Below are positions 37,346 through 46,274 of a DNA stretch of 64,000 nt, piece after piece. The first letter of the stretch is position 1, and every line of letters begins with the position of its first letter. The position numbers and the translations under genes were made by a program. Below the pieces are notes generated by a model that was given only the letters and a program-made list of their open reading frames with translations, did not search any database and was not told the DNA's origin. The DNA comes from a virus (lineage: Duplodnaviria; Caudoviricetes). The DNA is taken from IMG/VR virus record IMGVR_UViG_3300020048_003360, positions 64,001-128,000 of that record. One strand, given 5' to 3'.

Positions 37346-38149
37346 ATGTTAGCGTTAGCGAAATTATTAGATGAGGTACACTTTCGTATACCAAAATCTA
37401 TACTAGAGATATGTTTTATTCCTAGAAACATTAAATGGAGACAAGCTCCCCCTAGCATAGACGAACAAATTATGGCTCTGGTAGTTAGACCTAGAGTATT
37501 AGTGGACTGTGATCTAGTAGGTGGTACTGAAGTTTTTATTAGTCTAAATAATGTACATGTAGAGAGATCTGATTATAATACTAACATATATAGAATACCA
37601 AAAACACTTACAAATAATAGATCTATTAATAGTGTATTGAATATTACGTTTTCTGATCCAAGTAGAATGCAGAGCTTTGGTGTAGCAGCACAACAGCAGA
37701 GTACAATGATGATGCAGTTGGGTTCTGGAGTAATGGATGCACATGGCCCAATTCCAATTACATCGTCAGCTAGAGTACAATTAATTGGTGAGAATGTAGT
37801 AATGGTTAAGGACGCTACTATAATTCCACCAAATGCCTATCTTAGATGTATATTAGCAAATGATGAAAACATGAGTCATTTACAAAATAGAAGTTTTCAT
37901 CATTTTTCAAACTTAGGTGTATTGGCAGTTAAGGCGTATATCTATAACGACTATATTATTCAGTTAGATATAGGTCAGTTAATGGGTGGTATGAATATTG
38001 GTAAGTTTAAAGAAATAGTAGATAGTTATGCCGATAGTGAAGAATTGTATCAGACGTATTTACGTGAGAAGTGGCAGAAAGTGGCATATCAACAAGATAC
38101 AGAAACTATGAATAGATATCTAAAACTACTAATTGGTGGTAATAGATAA
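37346..38149 (+). CDS. Conserved phiKZ-like virion structural protein, 267 aa
   Basis: SIDEQIM..VVRPRVLVDC.LVGG, AVKAYIYN, YADSEELY..YL.EKW pattern. Confidence 0.6.
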   Translation: MLALAKLLDEVHFRIPKSILEICFIPRNIKWRQAPPSIDEQIMALVVRPRVLVDCDLVGGTEVFISLNNVHVERSDYNTNIYRIPKTLTNNRSINSVLNITFSDPSRMQSFGVAAQQQSTMMMQLGSGVMDAHGPIPITSSARVQLIGENVVMVKDATIIPPNAYLRCILANDENMSHLQNRSFHHFSNLGVLAVKAYIYNDYIIQLDIGQLMGGMNIGKFKEIVDSYADSEELYQTYLREKWQKVAYQQDTETMNRYLKLLIGGNR

Positions 38150-38199
38150 AAAAAAATAACACCCGACATATGGATGTTATTTTTAAAGAGAGAGGCTAC

Positions 38200-38352
38200 C
38201 TAACAACCTCTCTCATGGTTCCGATGATCGAGATCCATCAATTCTTGTAGTCTAACTTCATCATCCTGGCCTACCTCTTTACACAGGACATAGCTGACGA
38301 CTATGTCCTGTTTCTTACAACGTTGGCAATCGCCAATCTCTTTTTCACACAC
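38200..38352 (-). CDS. Small CxxC protein, 50 aa (MCEKEIGDCQRCKKQDIVVSYVLCKEVGQDDEVRLQELMDLDHRNHERGC)
   Basis: TAGGAG RBS, GTG start, TAG stop; below the ORF-track cutoff. Confidence 0.5.
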   Translation of the reverse strand: MCEKEIGDCQRCKKQDIVVSYVLCKEVGQDDEVRLQELMDLDHRNHERGC

Positions 38353-38441
38353 GACAATACTCCTAAAAAATTAGCTAGTAGAGAAATTCTAATAGCATAC
38401 TCACTTTAGTAATATGTGACCAAATATTTCTGCGATAAAAA

Positions 38442-38678
38442 CTAGTTGGTTCTTTTCTTTAACTCTTCTAGTATGGCTTTTTTAGAATTTACAAAATACT
38501 CATCTATTTGTTTGTGTTTTTCTACCTTTTCTATGATAGTATCACAGAGATCCACCAGACTATGGATCTCTGTATCTAATCGATCCAAATATTGTAGTTG
38601 ATCTCGAAATAGTGTTTCCCGAATTCTATTAATCATTTCACTACACTTATTATTGATTTCGCTATGTTCATCAGACAC
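38442..38678 (-). CDS. Hypothetical protein, 78 aa
   Basis: AGGAG RBS; early promoter upstream. Confidence 0.6.
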   Translation of the reverse strand: MSDEHSEINNKCSEMINRIRETLFRDQLQYLDRLDTEIHSLVDLCDTIIEKVEKHKQIDEYFVNSKKAILEELKKRTN

Positions 38679-38729
38679 GATTCATCTCCTAAAAACTAAC
38701 CAATAGAACAATTCTATTGGTCACTACAT

Positions 38730-38749
38730 ATATGTAATATATTGCCATA
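38730..38749 (-). promoter_or_regulatory. Phage early-type promoter
   Basis: atatgtaatatattgccata. Confidence 0.75.
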
Positions 38750-38784
38750 GAAATTTAGAATCAATCTTTATAGGATAACTATTA

Positions 38785-39210
38785 ATGGATCTTAAACGTT
38801 TAGAAGTGTATAAAATAGGTATAAAACCTATAGACGAAGAACACTTTTCTTGTTTCATTATGTTAGATGAGTTAGAAAAAGCATTAATGTCTAACACCAT
38901 AACTGAAGATAATATTAATAAAAGTAGTATATGGTTAGATTTTGAAAATAAATTAAAAACACATTTTCAAAATGAAGAACTCTTAATGGAGTCTCTTAAT
39001 TACCCATATGTAAAAGAACATAAACGACAACATGTAGAATTGTTAACAAAATTTTATATTATTTTTAGTTTTAATCCTTCAAATATTAACATACATCCAC
39101 AGCACATAGTTGATGATTTTTTTAATTTACTATTAGAACATATCGACCATCACGATATTAACTATGCTGCTTTTATAAAAGAGTGTATAAAATATGGAAA
39201 ACACAGATAA
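38785..39210 (+). CDS. Bacteriohemerythrin-family di-iron protein
   Basis: Complete ligand set: DEEH, HFQNEE (HxxxE), HKRQH (HxxxH), HIDHHD (HxxxxD), with MESLNYP. Confidence 0.9.
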   Translation: MDLKRLEVYKIGIKPIDEEHFSCFIMLDELEKALMSNTITEDNINKSSIWLDFENKLKTHFQNEELLMESLNYPYVKEHKRQHVELLTKFYIIFSFNPSNINIHPQHIVDDFFNLLLEHIDHHDINYAAFIKECIKYGKHR

Positions 39211-40228
39211 GTTTGAAAAAATAAAAAGTGCTGAAGTACTGCGTTTAATAATATCAAAAATAGCAGAACATCCCGCAGCATTTACTCCAGAAACATATGC
39301 TGTTTGGTATGAATTTATTACTGCAATTAACCCATTATTAAACGACTCGGTACTAAGATTAATAAATACAGGATATAAATTAGATAATGCAACTATCAAA
39401 AAACTCTACGATAAACATATATCTAAATGCATGGCTTGTGCTGAAAATAATAATGTAAAATTAAAAAACGAAATAGTTAGTCTCTTTAGTAATCTAATGA
39501 TAGATACTGAAGAGACTACTAAGCTAACAGATAGATTTTCTACTGATCTAACTACTTATGACGAAAGACTACAAACAATATCAACTATAGTAGATTTACA
39601 GAATCTAATAGTAACCATGACTTTAGAAACTAATGCTACTAAGACTTTAGCTAAAAATCTACATAAAAAACTATTAGATAGTAAATTACATATAACTGAA
39701 TTACGTAAAGAGTTAAAATCAGCACGTGTTGAAGCAAATATAGATCCATTAACTAAGTTATTAAATAGAAGAGGTTTGGATTTAGCTGTTGCAGATATAG
39801 ATATAAGTAAATTATGTATTTTGCTAATAGATATAGATAGATTTAAACAAATTAATGACGATTATGGACATTTATTTGGTGATGATGTGATTAAAAAAAT
39901 TGCAGATATATTTACTTCTAAAATTAGAAAAAATGATATATCCGCTAGATTAGGTGGTGATGAATTTATGATTATATTACCAACCATAGACATTAATCTC
40001 GCTTATAAATTAGCTGAAGATATTAGGCACACTATAGAGCTAATGACTGTCCCACACAATACATATAAGAAAATTGTAAACAATATAACTGTCTCTATAG
40101 GAGTAGTAATTTCTTCTACAAGTATGGATATTTTTAAATTAATTGACAAAGCTGATAAAAGTTTATATATTTCAAAAAATACAGGTAGAAATAAAACTAC
40201 CATTTACAACTTAGATCTAAAGGAATAG
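39194..40228 (+). CDS. Diguanylate cyclase (N-terminal coiled coil plus GGDEF domain)
   Basis: DPLTKLLNRR, DIDRFKQINDDYGHLFGD, RKND I-site, ARLGGDEF, TVSIGV, ADKSLY.SK..GRN. Confidence 0.93.
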   Translation: MENTDKFEKIKSAEVLRLIISKIAEHPAAFTPETYAVWYEFITAINPLLNDSVLRLINTGYKLDNATIKKLYDKHISKCMACAENNNVKLKNEIVSLFSNLMIDTEETTKLTDRFSTDLTTYDERLQTISTIVDLQNLIVTMTLETNATKTLAKNLHKKLLDSKLHITELRKELKSARVEANIDPLTKLLNRRGLDLAVADIDISKLCILLIDIDRFKQINDDYGHLFGDDVIKKIADIFTSKIRKNDISARLGGDEFMIILPTIDINLAYKLAEDIRHTIELMTVPHNTYKKIVNNITVSIGVVISSTSMDIFKLIDKADKSLYISKNTGRNKTTIYNLDLKE

Positions 40229-40231
40229 AAA

Positions 40232-40798
40232 ATGAAATTTTTACGTCGTGCACTAGAAGCAGATATTAACGAAAATGATGATTTAGATAAAAAAACAATA
40301 GTAGTAAAAGGACCATTATCTGAAGTCTATACTAAAGCACTGCATGTAGCATACGCTAAAGATCCAGCTGAATCAGATGGTGATGAGAATGTGGTTTTAG
40401 AAGCCATTTCTAATACATCCAATAGAGGTGGTAGTGCATTGCGTAGAGCATTAGTTTCTATGGAAACGCAACAAATGGATAGTGCTATAGTAGAAAGATT
40501 AGCACGCACATTAAACGGTATGGGTGATATAACGCCAACTAACAATACTACTCTCTATGCTGTGAGTAAAAATGAATTAACTGACCAAACAGTGGTAGAT
40601 ATAACCAGTGAACTAGTAGAGGCAGATGATAGTGATAGAGTGTTTTTAATTATCGATGGAACACTACCTGGTGATAACGGCAACGCCAGTAGTCCAATAG
40701 AAAGAGTATCAGAATTAAGTGCGGTTATTGAGTCATTAGCTGAAAAACATAAATGTAGAGTATTTTATTCTTTACAAGACGCAGTTAGACACATGTAG
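40232..40798 (+). CDS. Conserved phiKZ-like probable head protein, 188 aa
   Basis: KGPLSEVYTKAL...YAK pattern; ALE/SME motifs typical of prohead protease cleavage sites. Confidence 0.55.
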   Translation: MKFLRRALEADINENDDLDKKTIVVKGPLSEVYTKALHVAYAKDPAESDGDENVVLEAISNTSNRGGSALRRALVSMETQQMDSAIVERLARTLNGMGDITPTNNTTLYAVSKNELTDQTVVDITSELVEADDSDRVFLIIDGTLPGDNGNASSPIERVSELSAVIESLAEKHKCRVFYSLQDAVRHM

Positions 40799-40910
40799 CA
40801 GTATATTACTACTTTAAACAAAAAAATAGTTTAGAGTAGTAATTATGCCGTAAATAAAAAAAATACCACCACAGCAGAGGACTAAGAATCTAGTCATACT
40901 GGGGCGATAC

Positions 40911-41456
40911 CTAGTCTACTATTTTAGCGTATAGAAAGCCACGTTCCATAGCTTGCTGACCTAGTTCAGTGGTACCTACTAAACTTAAATCAGTAGACTC
41001 TGACGGACGAATTGGTCTGCCTGGATGAAAAGTCCAAAGATCCCCATCTGGACCCACTATAAGAATAGTGTGGTCCACAGCCTCACCCACTTTCCCAGGT
41101 TTAATACAAAACACTTTACCACCCTTCTCTTTGTAAGTGTACCAGGAAAGTGGTTGTATTTCCTCTACCCCCATAACTCCAGGAATAGAAGTGGTTGTAT
41201 ATGCTACACAACCCTCTATTATTATCGGGTTGTTATACTTACTCCATTCCGCATTCCTCAATGCGTCCTCAAGTTCCTCTGGGACTTTAAATAGGGTTCT
41301 AGACCCAACCCCAGACACAAGTCTGGACTGGAGAGTTTGTGCCCAGTATTCTGGATCCATTTCGATTACTTTATCTATAGCAGCATTAACCGCAATTGAT
41401 GCCATAGATTGTTCCGTTTCCACATGTTCCATTATACCACTCCTTTTTACTTCCAT
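40911..41456 (-). CDS. Hypothetical phage protein, 181 aa
   Basis: ORF; TILIVGP...LWTFHPG.P motif. Confidence 0.6.
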   Translation of the reverse strand: MEVKRSGIMEHVETEQSMASIAVNAAIDKVIEMDPEYWAQTLQSRLVSGVGSRTLFKVPEELEDALRNAEWSKYNNPIIIEGCVAYTTTSIPGVMGVEEIQPLSWYTYKEKGGKVFCIKPGKVGEAVDHTILIVGPDGDLWTFHPGRPIRPSESTDLSLVGTTELGQQAMERGFLYAKIVD

Positions 41457-41740
41457 CCTGGATAGTGTTTATCTAACCAGGTTATGAAGTCATTCTTCTG
41501 GTTTGATGAATTTGATGGAGTTCTTGGTCCATTCCAAACAACAGGTGCCATCCAGCCTTCATTGGCATCTACACACCAGTAACCATTAAGACAGATATAT
41601 AATCTTAACTGAATTATTGGTAGTTCAAAATTACATACTCCAGAGGAATCAAAGTAATTTTCATCGTCAGCAGCAACTTTTACAAAACCGAGAGATTCCA
41701 CTAACTCTACAGTTGCTTCTCTTGTTGCGTATTTGAGCAT
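41447..41740 (-). CDS. Hypothetical protein, 97 aa
   Basis: AAGGAG RBS. Confidence 0.6.
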   Translation of the reverse strand: MLKYATREATVELVESLGFVKVAADDENYFDSSGVCNFELPIIQLRLYICLNGYWCVDANEGWMAPVVWNGPRTPSNSSNQKNDFITWLDKHYPGWK

Positions 41741-41751
41741 TTCATAACTCC

Positions 41752-41985
41752 TTAGTGCCAGCGAGCTAAGATACGCTCAACCACTATTAGGAAATCATCA
41801 AACTGTTCTTCTGGTTTTGTATACTCACTATATCCAGCCAGATAAAACTTATTATTCTTAACAGTTACTCTAGCATATGGAGTCCCATCATCTCCCCTAG
41901 CTATCATAAATAATTGTCCAGCATTTGCTGTTGTAGACTTTACTAACTCAGTAGCCAGTACAGATACTTCTAACATCCGTTTCAT
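41752..41985 (-). CDS. Hypothetical protein, 77 aa
   Basis: AGGAG RBS; first gene after early promoter. Confidence 0.6.
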   Translation of the reverse strand: MKRMLEVSVLATELVKSTTANAGQLFMIARGDDGTPYARVTVKNNKFYLAGYSEYTKPEEQFDDFLIVVERILARWH

Positions 41986-42011
41986 TTTACTCTCCTAAGG
42001 TTAAACTACAT

Positions 42012-42031
42012 ATAGGTAATATATTGCCATA
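42012..42031 (-). promoter_or_regulatory. Phage early-type promoter, back-to-back with late-type TTTTATG (42049-42055, +)
   Basis: ataggtaatatattgccata. Confidence 0.8.
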
Positions 42032-42078
42032 ATAAACTACAATCCTTATTTTATGACGATAAATTAGGAGTATCTGTA

Positions 42079-43407
42079 ATGAATAACAGTAATGCTGAAT
42101 TAATAGAAAATAATTTTGACTATAATTATAACGCATTACGCCATAAATTACGCTTAGCAAAGACATCAGTAATTACTGATGTTCCATATGCTATTAAAAA
42201 TATCTTCGATGAACACTGTAAAGACCTTTCAATAGATAATAATCTTTTGAAAAGAATACATATGTTTCAAGTAGGTTTTGTCAATAAGAATCAAGAACAC
42301 ATTGAGTTTTTTGGTGGTAACTTAACTGGCGTGCAAGTAGTTAGATTCTTACCATCAGATAGAGATCGTTGGTTTGATGAAGTAATTGAAACTAACGATA
42401 CACCTCTTAGTGAGGAACTCATTCGATTGCCTACTGTAAATAAGGATTGGTTTATCTCATCGGATACATTAAACCTATCTTGTGTTTGGCTAGCAAATGC
42501 AATTACAAATAGTAGCAAGTTTAATGATAAACAAAAACACGATGCTTTGATAGATATCTTTTTAATCCTTCAGTATAAATACATAACTAGTATTTTATAT
42601 CATTGGTTTAGATATCCAGCAGATAGATCATTAGCTGAAGCAACGTATGCTCAGTTAAGCTATAAATACACTATTAAGATACATGGTAGCTGGAGTGCAT
42701 TATTACTAGCTAGAGCTGAAGAAATTATATCTAAAACCAGTATCCATAATCACGTCATTAAAGAAATGAAAAATGACGTAGAAGTAACTTACATGTTAAA
42801 CGATATACAAGGTCGTATTAAAGATATTCTAAAAAATATCTATATAGTGTTTGATAGAGTCCATAACTCAAATGCTAGAATGCGAACTACTAGTTCAGTA
42901 ATGATAGATCATGAAGGTGAAGAGATATTAAAAGATAGGTCTAAACACCTAGCTAATTATACACGTTATGTTAATTCAATAATATCCGATAAAAATACAT
43001 TCATCAAACATGAACTAACTGACATTATTGAAGGTCTAATCCACACAATGCCCAGTAAGTTATTCTTAATGACATTAGATTGGATGTCGAATAACTATAA
43101 ACAACGTGGTGCTGATGAAATAGAAAAGTTATTAACTGAAATAATGATTTATACCTTTTCTTTTATTGCTGATAATAAAGAATTAATTAGAAAAGAAAGT
43201 GATTTAGCTATTTTATTAAGTAAATTAAAAGGATCATTAATGTCTTCAAGAGCTAGTGATTCAGCTTTAATAGGCTTAAGAGATTTAGGAGAAGTAATAG
43301 TGAAGAAGGCCACTAATAATAAAAATGATTCAGTCATCGCTAGTACTCGTACTGGAATTATTTTATATGTGGTATTAAGAACCTTAACAATGAAACACTA
43401 TAGTTGA
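42079..43407 (+). CDS. Conserved virion structural protein (phiKZ gp32-like)
   Basis: N.EHIEFFGGNLTGV...RF...D, YPAD..LAEATYAQLSYKY.IK..GSW motifs. Confidence 0.65.
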   Translation: MNNSNAELIENNFDYNYNALRHKLRLAKTSVITDVPYAIKNIFDEHCKDLSIDNNLLKRIHMFQVGFVNKNQEHIEFFGGNLTGVQVVRFLPSDRDRWFDEVIETNDTPLSEELIRLPTVNKDWFISSDTLNLSCVWLANAITNSSKFNDKQKHDALIDIFLILQYKYITSILYHWFRYPADRSLAEATYAQLSYKYTIKIHGSWSALLLARAEEIISKTSIHNHVIKEMKNDVEVTYMLNDIQGRIKDILKNIYIVFDRVHNSNARMRTTSSVMIDHEGEEILKDRSKHLANYTRYVNSIISDKNTFIKHELTDIIEGLIHTMPSKLFLMTLDWMSNNYKQRGADEIEKLLTEIMIYTFSFIADNKELIRKESDLAILLSKLKGSLMSSRASDSALIGLRDLGEVIVKKATNNKNDSVIASTRTGIILYVVLRTLTMKHYS

Positions 43408-43461
43408 GTTACGTATCGGTATAGTATGAGACATTAGAGTAATAACGATAGGTATTTTAAA

Positions 43462-43866
43462 ATGAGAATATTTATTTTAATACTCGGGTGGATTTTCTAT
43501 ATCGGAGAACTATTTAAAGGTAGAAAAATCGTAACTGTCGTAGTTGATCCACCTGGGACAGATAAACCACTATCAGTACGATTTGGTGAATCTAAACTAG
43601 TAATACACTGTGATAAAAAACAATATAGACGTAGTTACGACAAATGGTTTATTCCCACGGATAAACATACAGTCTACTCTCTTTATTGTGAAGTTAGTGA
43701 AGATGCAGATCCATCATTAAAGCTTGCGTGTAGTGTTAAAGTAGATCTACCCGCATTATTACCAAAATGCGTTATAGATGACTATCAAAAGGTTGCAGCG
43801 ACACATGCCTTTATAGATATCATTACTGGTAGATTACAGAGAATTAAGGTTGGCTTACCACCCTAA
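43462..43866 (+). CDS. Hypothetical protein, 134 aa, N-terminal hydrophobic segment
   Basis: ORF with GGT-type RBS. Confidence 0.55.
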   Translation: MRIFILILGWIFYIGELFKGRKIVTVVVDPPGTDKPLSVRFGESKLVIHCDKKQYRRSYDKWFIPTDKHTVYSLYCEVSEDADPSLKLACSVKVDLPALLPKCVIDDYQKVAATHAFIDIITGRLQRIKVGLPP

Positions 43867-43876
43867 CAGCATATTT

Positions 43877-43910
43877 CCTATACCTACCCTATTATTGAGG
43901 TAGGTATAGG
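43877..43910. terminator. Bidirectional hairpin
   Basis: 12-bp stem cctatacctacc/ggtaggtatagg between convergent genes. Confidence 0.65.
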
Positions 43911-43923
43911 TTTTATGCCGCTA

Positions 43924-46161
43924 CTATCTATTAGCTATTTCAAATGTAGTTAATGGTCTATCGCTATATACACCATCGGAATATGCTAAACGATTATCTG
44001 CATATCCATTTCTAAAATCAATACTATCTTGTTTATTGAAATTAGTGGTGCGTCGTTTATTTTTCTTAACCTCTTTAGCTCTTTCTATAAGACCATCTAA
44101 ACTATATACTTCATCACTTTCTAGAATAATTTGTTTATCCAATACCCTTAGTTCGTGCTCTAAACGTAGTGATACAAAATCATCAGTTTCCTTAGTGAGT
44201 TGATCATATATACTTTCAATTCGAGTTCTAATTAACTGCTGTTCTAGTTTATTTTCAATATCTACCTTAGACTCCCCAATTTCTAATCCTAAATTAGACA
44301 TTATTTTACTAGTGTCAATTCCGTAAAATGATAAATTTTTACCATGAAGTATTAACCACTGAGTTAAAAGCCAGCCAATTACCAGATCGTCATGTTCACC
44401 TACTTCATGATCTACCCTGCCGTTCTTACTAACTAAACCAGTAATCTGACCAATTAATTCTTTATCGTAAATATTATTACACCCTCTTTTAGCCGCATTT
44501 TGTAATGTGGTGGAGTAGATTTCACTACGACTAGCATAGCCAACTGCTGAAGTAGCAAACCCAAATGTCTTTTTGTATTTGACGTATATATCAATAGATC
44601 GTCTTACCATTGGTGTTTTGATTTCTGAATATCTTTCTGGATACTCATCATAATCATTTACCACTCTATTAAATATCCGTTTAAAGGGGTCTATACCCTT
44701 CTCTGGCAGCATTAGTAGTAAGTAGTCCATAATCATACCACCAGTTGATCTACGTTCAATAATGGTCGTTATGTTGACGTAGGATACCATTATTGAAACT
44801 AACCACTCTGAAAACATAATTAAATTAGTCTCATTAAAAACACCAGTCATAATTACTTCTAATGTCTCCACATCAACCATAACACAACCAATATCATCAC
44901 CGCCACTAGCATCACTGGTATCTATACCCAGTATAAATTTACTACTCATTAATCTATTGTGAATTTTTTCTTCTGATACATACCACCTAGTAACGTAGCC
45001 ATGTGGTTTACTAATATCTGTATACGATACAGGCTTAAGACTATTAGCTATTTTTTCTAGAATAATGTCAGATAGTGGATTACTCTCACTACCAGATGTC
45101 CATACATTAAAATAATCTCGTGAAGCATCATCTCCAGTTTGTAGTGAATCATCTAGTTTTGTTTTTAGCCACTCATCTGTCTTACCTAACTGGGTATGAC
45201 TGAGCGTAACGCTTACTCTTATAGCACCAGTACGTGAGTTATGTTTTATTAAGCGTTCTAAATCATCCTGATCTTTTGCATCAAAGAATGGTTCGGCCCA
45301 TACGGCAGATTCTGAAATTAATCTAAAAACAAATTTACCATCCTTATCGTCTTTTTTACCAGCAGTATTAGTTAGTATGGTGCCGTATGGTGCATTGGCT
45401 AATTTAGCTGCATCTACAGCAGCACCAGTAGCAGCTAATGCAGCTGGTAATGCTATTGCGATATTCGGCTGGAATGGACCTTCATCCACAATGAATATTG
45501 GACTAGTTAGACCTCTACCTAGGTTATATGCGCGTTTAGGCGATGCCTGTGGTACGTGTGTGATAAAACTATTGTTTAAACTACGTATCGTTAATTCTTC
45601 GCCGTTATTAACATCTAGTTTAGTTTTTTGATCTAAATATCTAGGTAGTTCACTAGCTATTTCTTTTAACCTTTCGATATTTCTGCGACGTAAAATATCG
45701 TCTTTAGTAAGTAAATTTATTTGTGTATTAGTACATAATACATTCATTAATAGTGTAACTAATACATCAGTAGAAAAGGATTTACCAGTCTGTCTACTCT
45801 GTGTTAAAATCGTCATTACGTGATTAAAAAATAACCACCATAAAGCTATATTACCTCTATTGGCTTCAACCATAACAGATGGTCTACCGGCAATAGCAGG
45901 TGCTCTAGCTATATTTCTAAAATACCACCATGGATTATCTCTAATTTCTAAAGCAATCATAGCCATTTGTTCTATAGATAACTTAGGATCAAATGGATCT
46001 ACACCTATTAGTTCTGGATTTAATGTAGCTAACATAAAACTATTATTTTCAATACCCATAGTTCTATATAAACTAGCTACTCTTAGAAAACTCTTATTCT
46101 TTGTATCCACATCTATTACTGCTTTAGGATACTTTTGCCAGTCATTTCTAAATAAAATCAT
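43924..46161 (-). CDS. terL: Terminase large subunit
   Basis: SRQTGKS Walker A, VDEGPF Walker B, LGIDTSDASGGD nuclease motif, HDDLVIGW. Confidence 0.92.
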   Translation of the reverse strand: MILFRNDWQKYPKAVIDVDTKNKSFLRVASLYRTMGIENNSFMLATLNPELIGVDPFDPKLSIEQMAMIALEIRDNPWWYFRNIARAPAIAGRPSVMVEANRGNIALWWLFFNHVMTILTQSRQTGKSFSTDVLVTLLMNVLCTNTQINLLTKDDILRRRNIERLKEIASELPRYLDQKTKLDVNNGEELTIRSLNNSFITHVPQASPKRAYNLGRGLTSPIFIVDEGPFQPNIAIALPAALAATGAAVDAAKLANAPYGTILTNTAGKKDDKDGKFVFRLISESAVWAEPFFDAKDQDDLERLIKHNSRTGAIRVSVTLSHTQLGKTDEWLKTKLDDSLQTGDDASRDYFNVWTSGSESNPLSDIILEKIANSLKPVSYTDISKPHGYVTRWYVSEEKIHNRLMSSKFILGIDTSDASGGDDIGCVMVDVETLEVIMTGVFNETNLIMFSEWLVSIMVSYVNITTIIERRSTGGMIMDYLLLMLPEKGIDPFKRIFNRVVNDYDEYPERYSEIKTPMVRRSIDIYVKYKKTFGFATSAVGYASRSEIYSTTLQNAAKRGCNNIYDKELIGQITGLVSKNGRVDHEVGEHDDLVIGWLLTQWLILHGKNLSFYGIDTSKIMSNLGLEIGESKVDIENKLEQQLIRTRIESIYDQLTKETDDFVSLRLEHELRVLDKQIILESDEVYSLDGLIERAKEVKKNKRRTTNFNKQDSIDFRNGYADNRLAYSDGVYSDRPLTTFEIANR

Positions 46162-46274
46162 TTTTTACTCCATTACTAAATTTGAAGCAGTATTCGTATT
46201 TATTAATTAAAGTATCAATCTAATCCACAATTATTCTCTAAGTACTGAGAACAAAAGTGGATTAGATCTTACTG

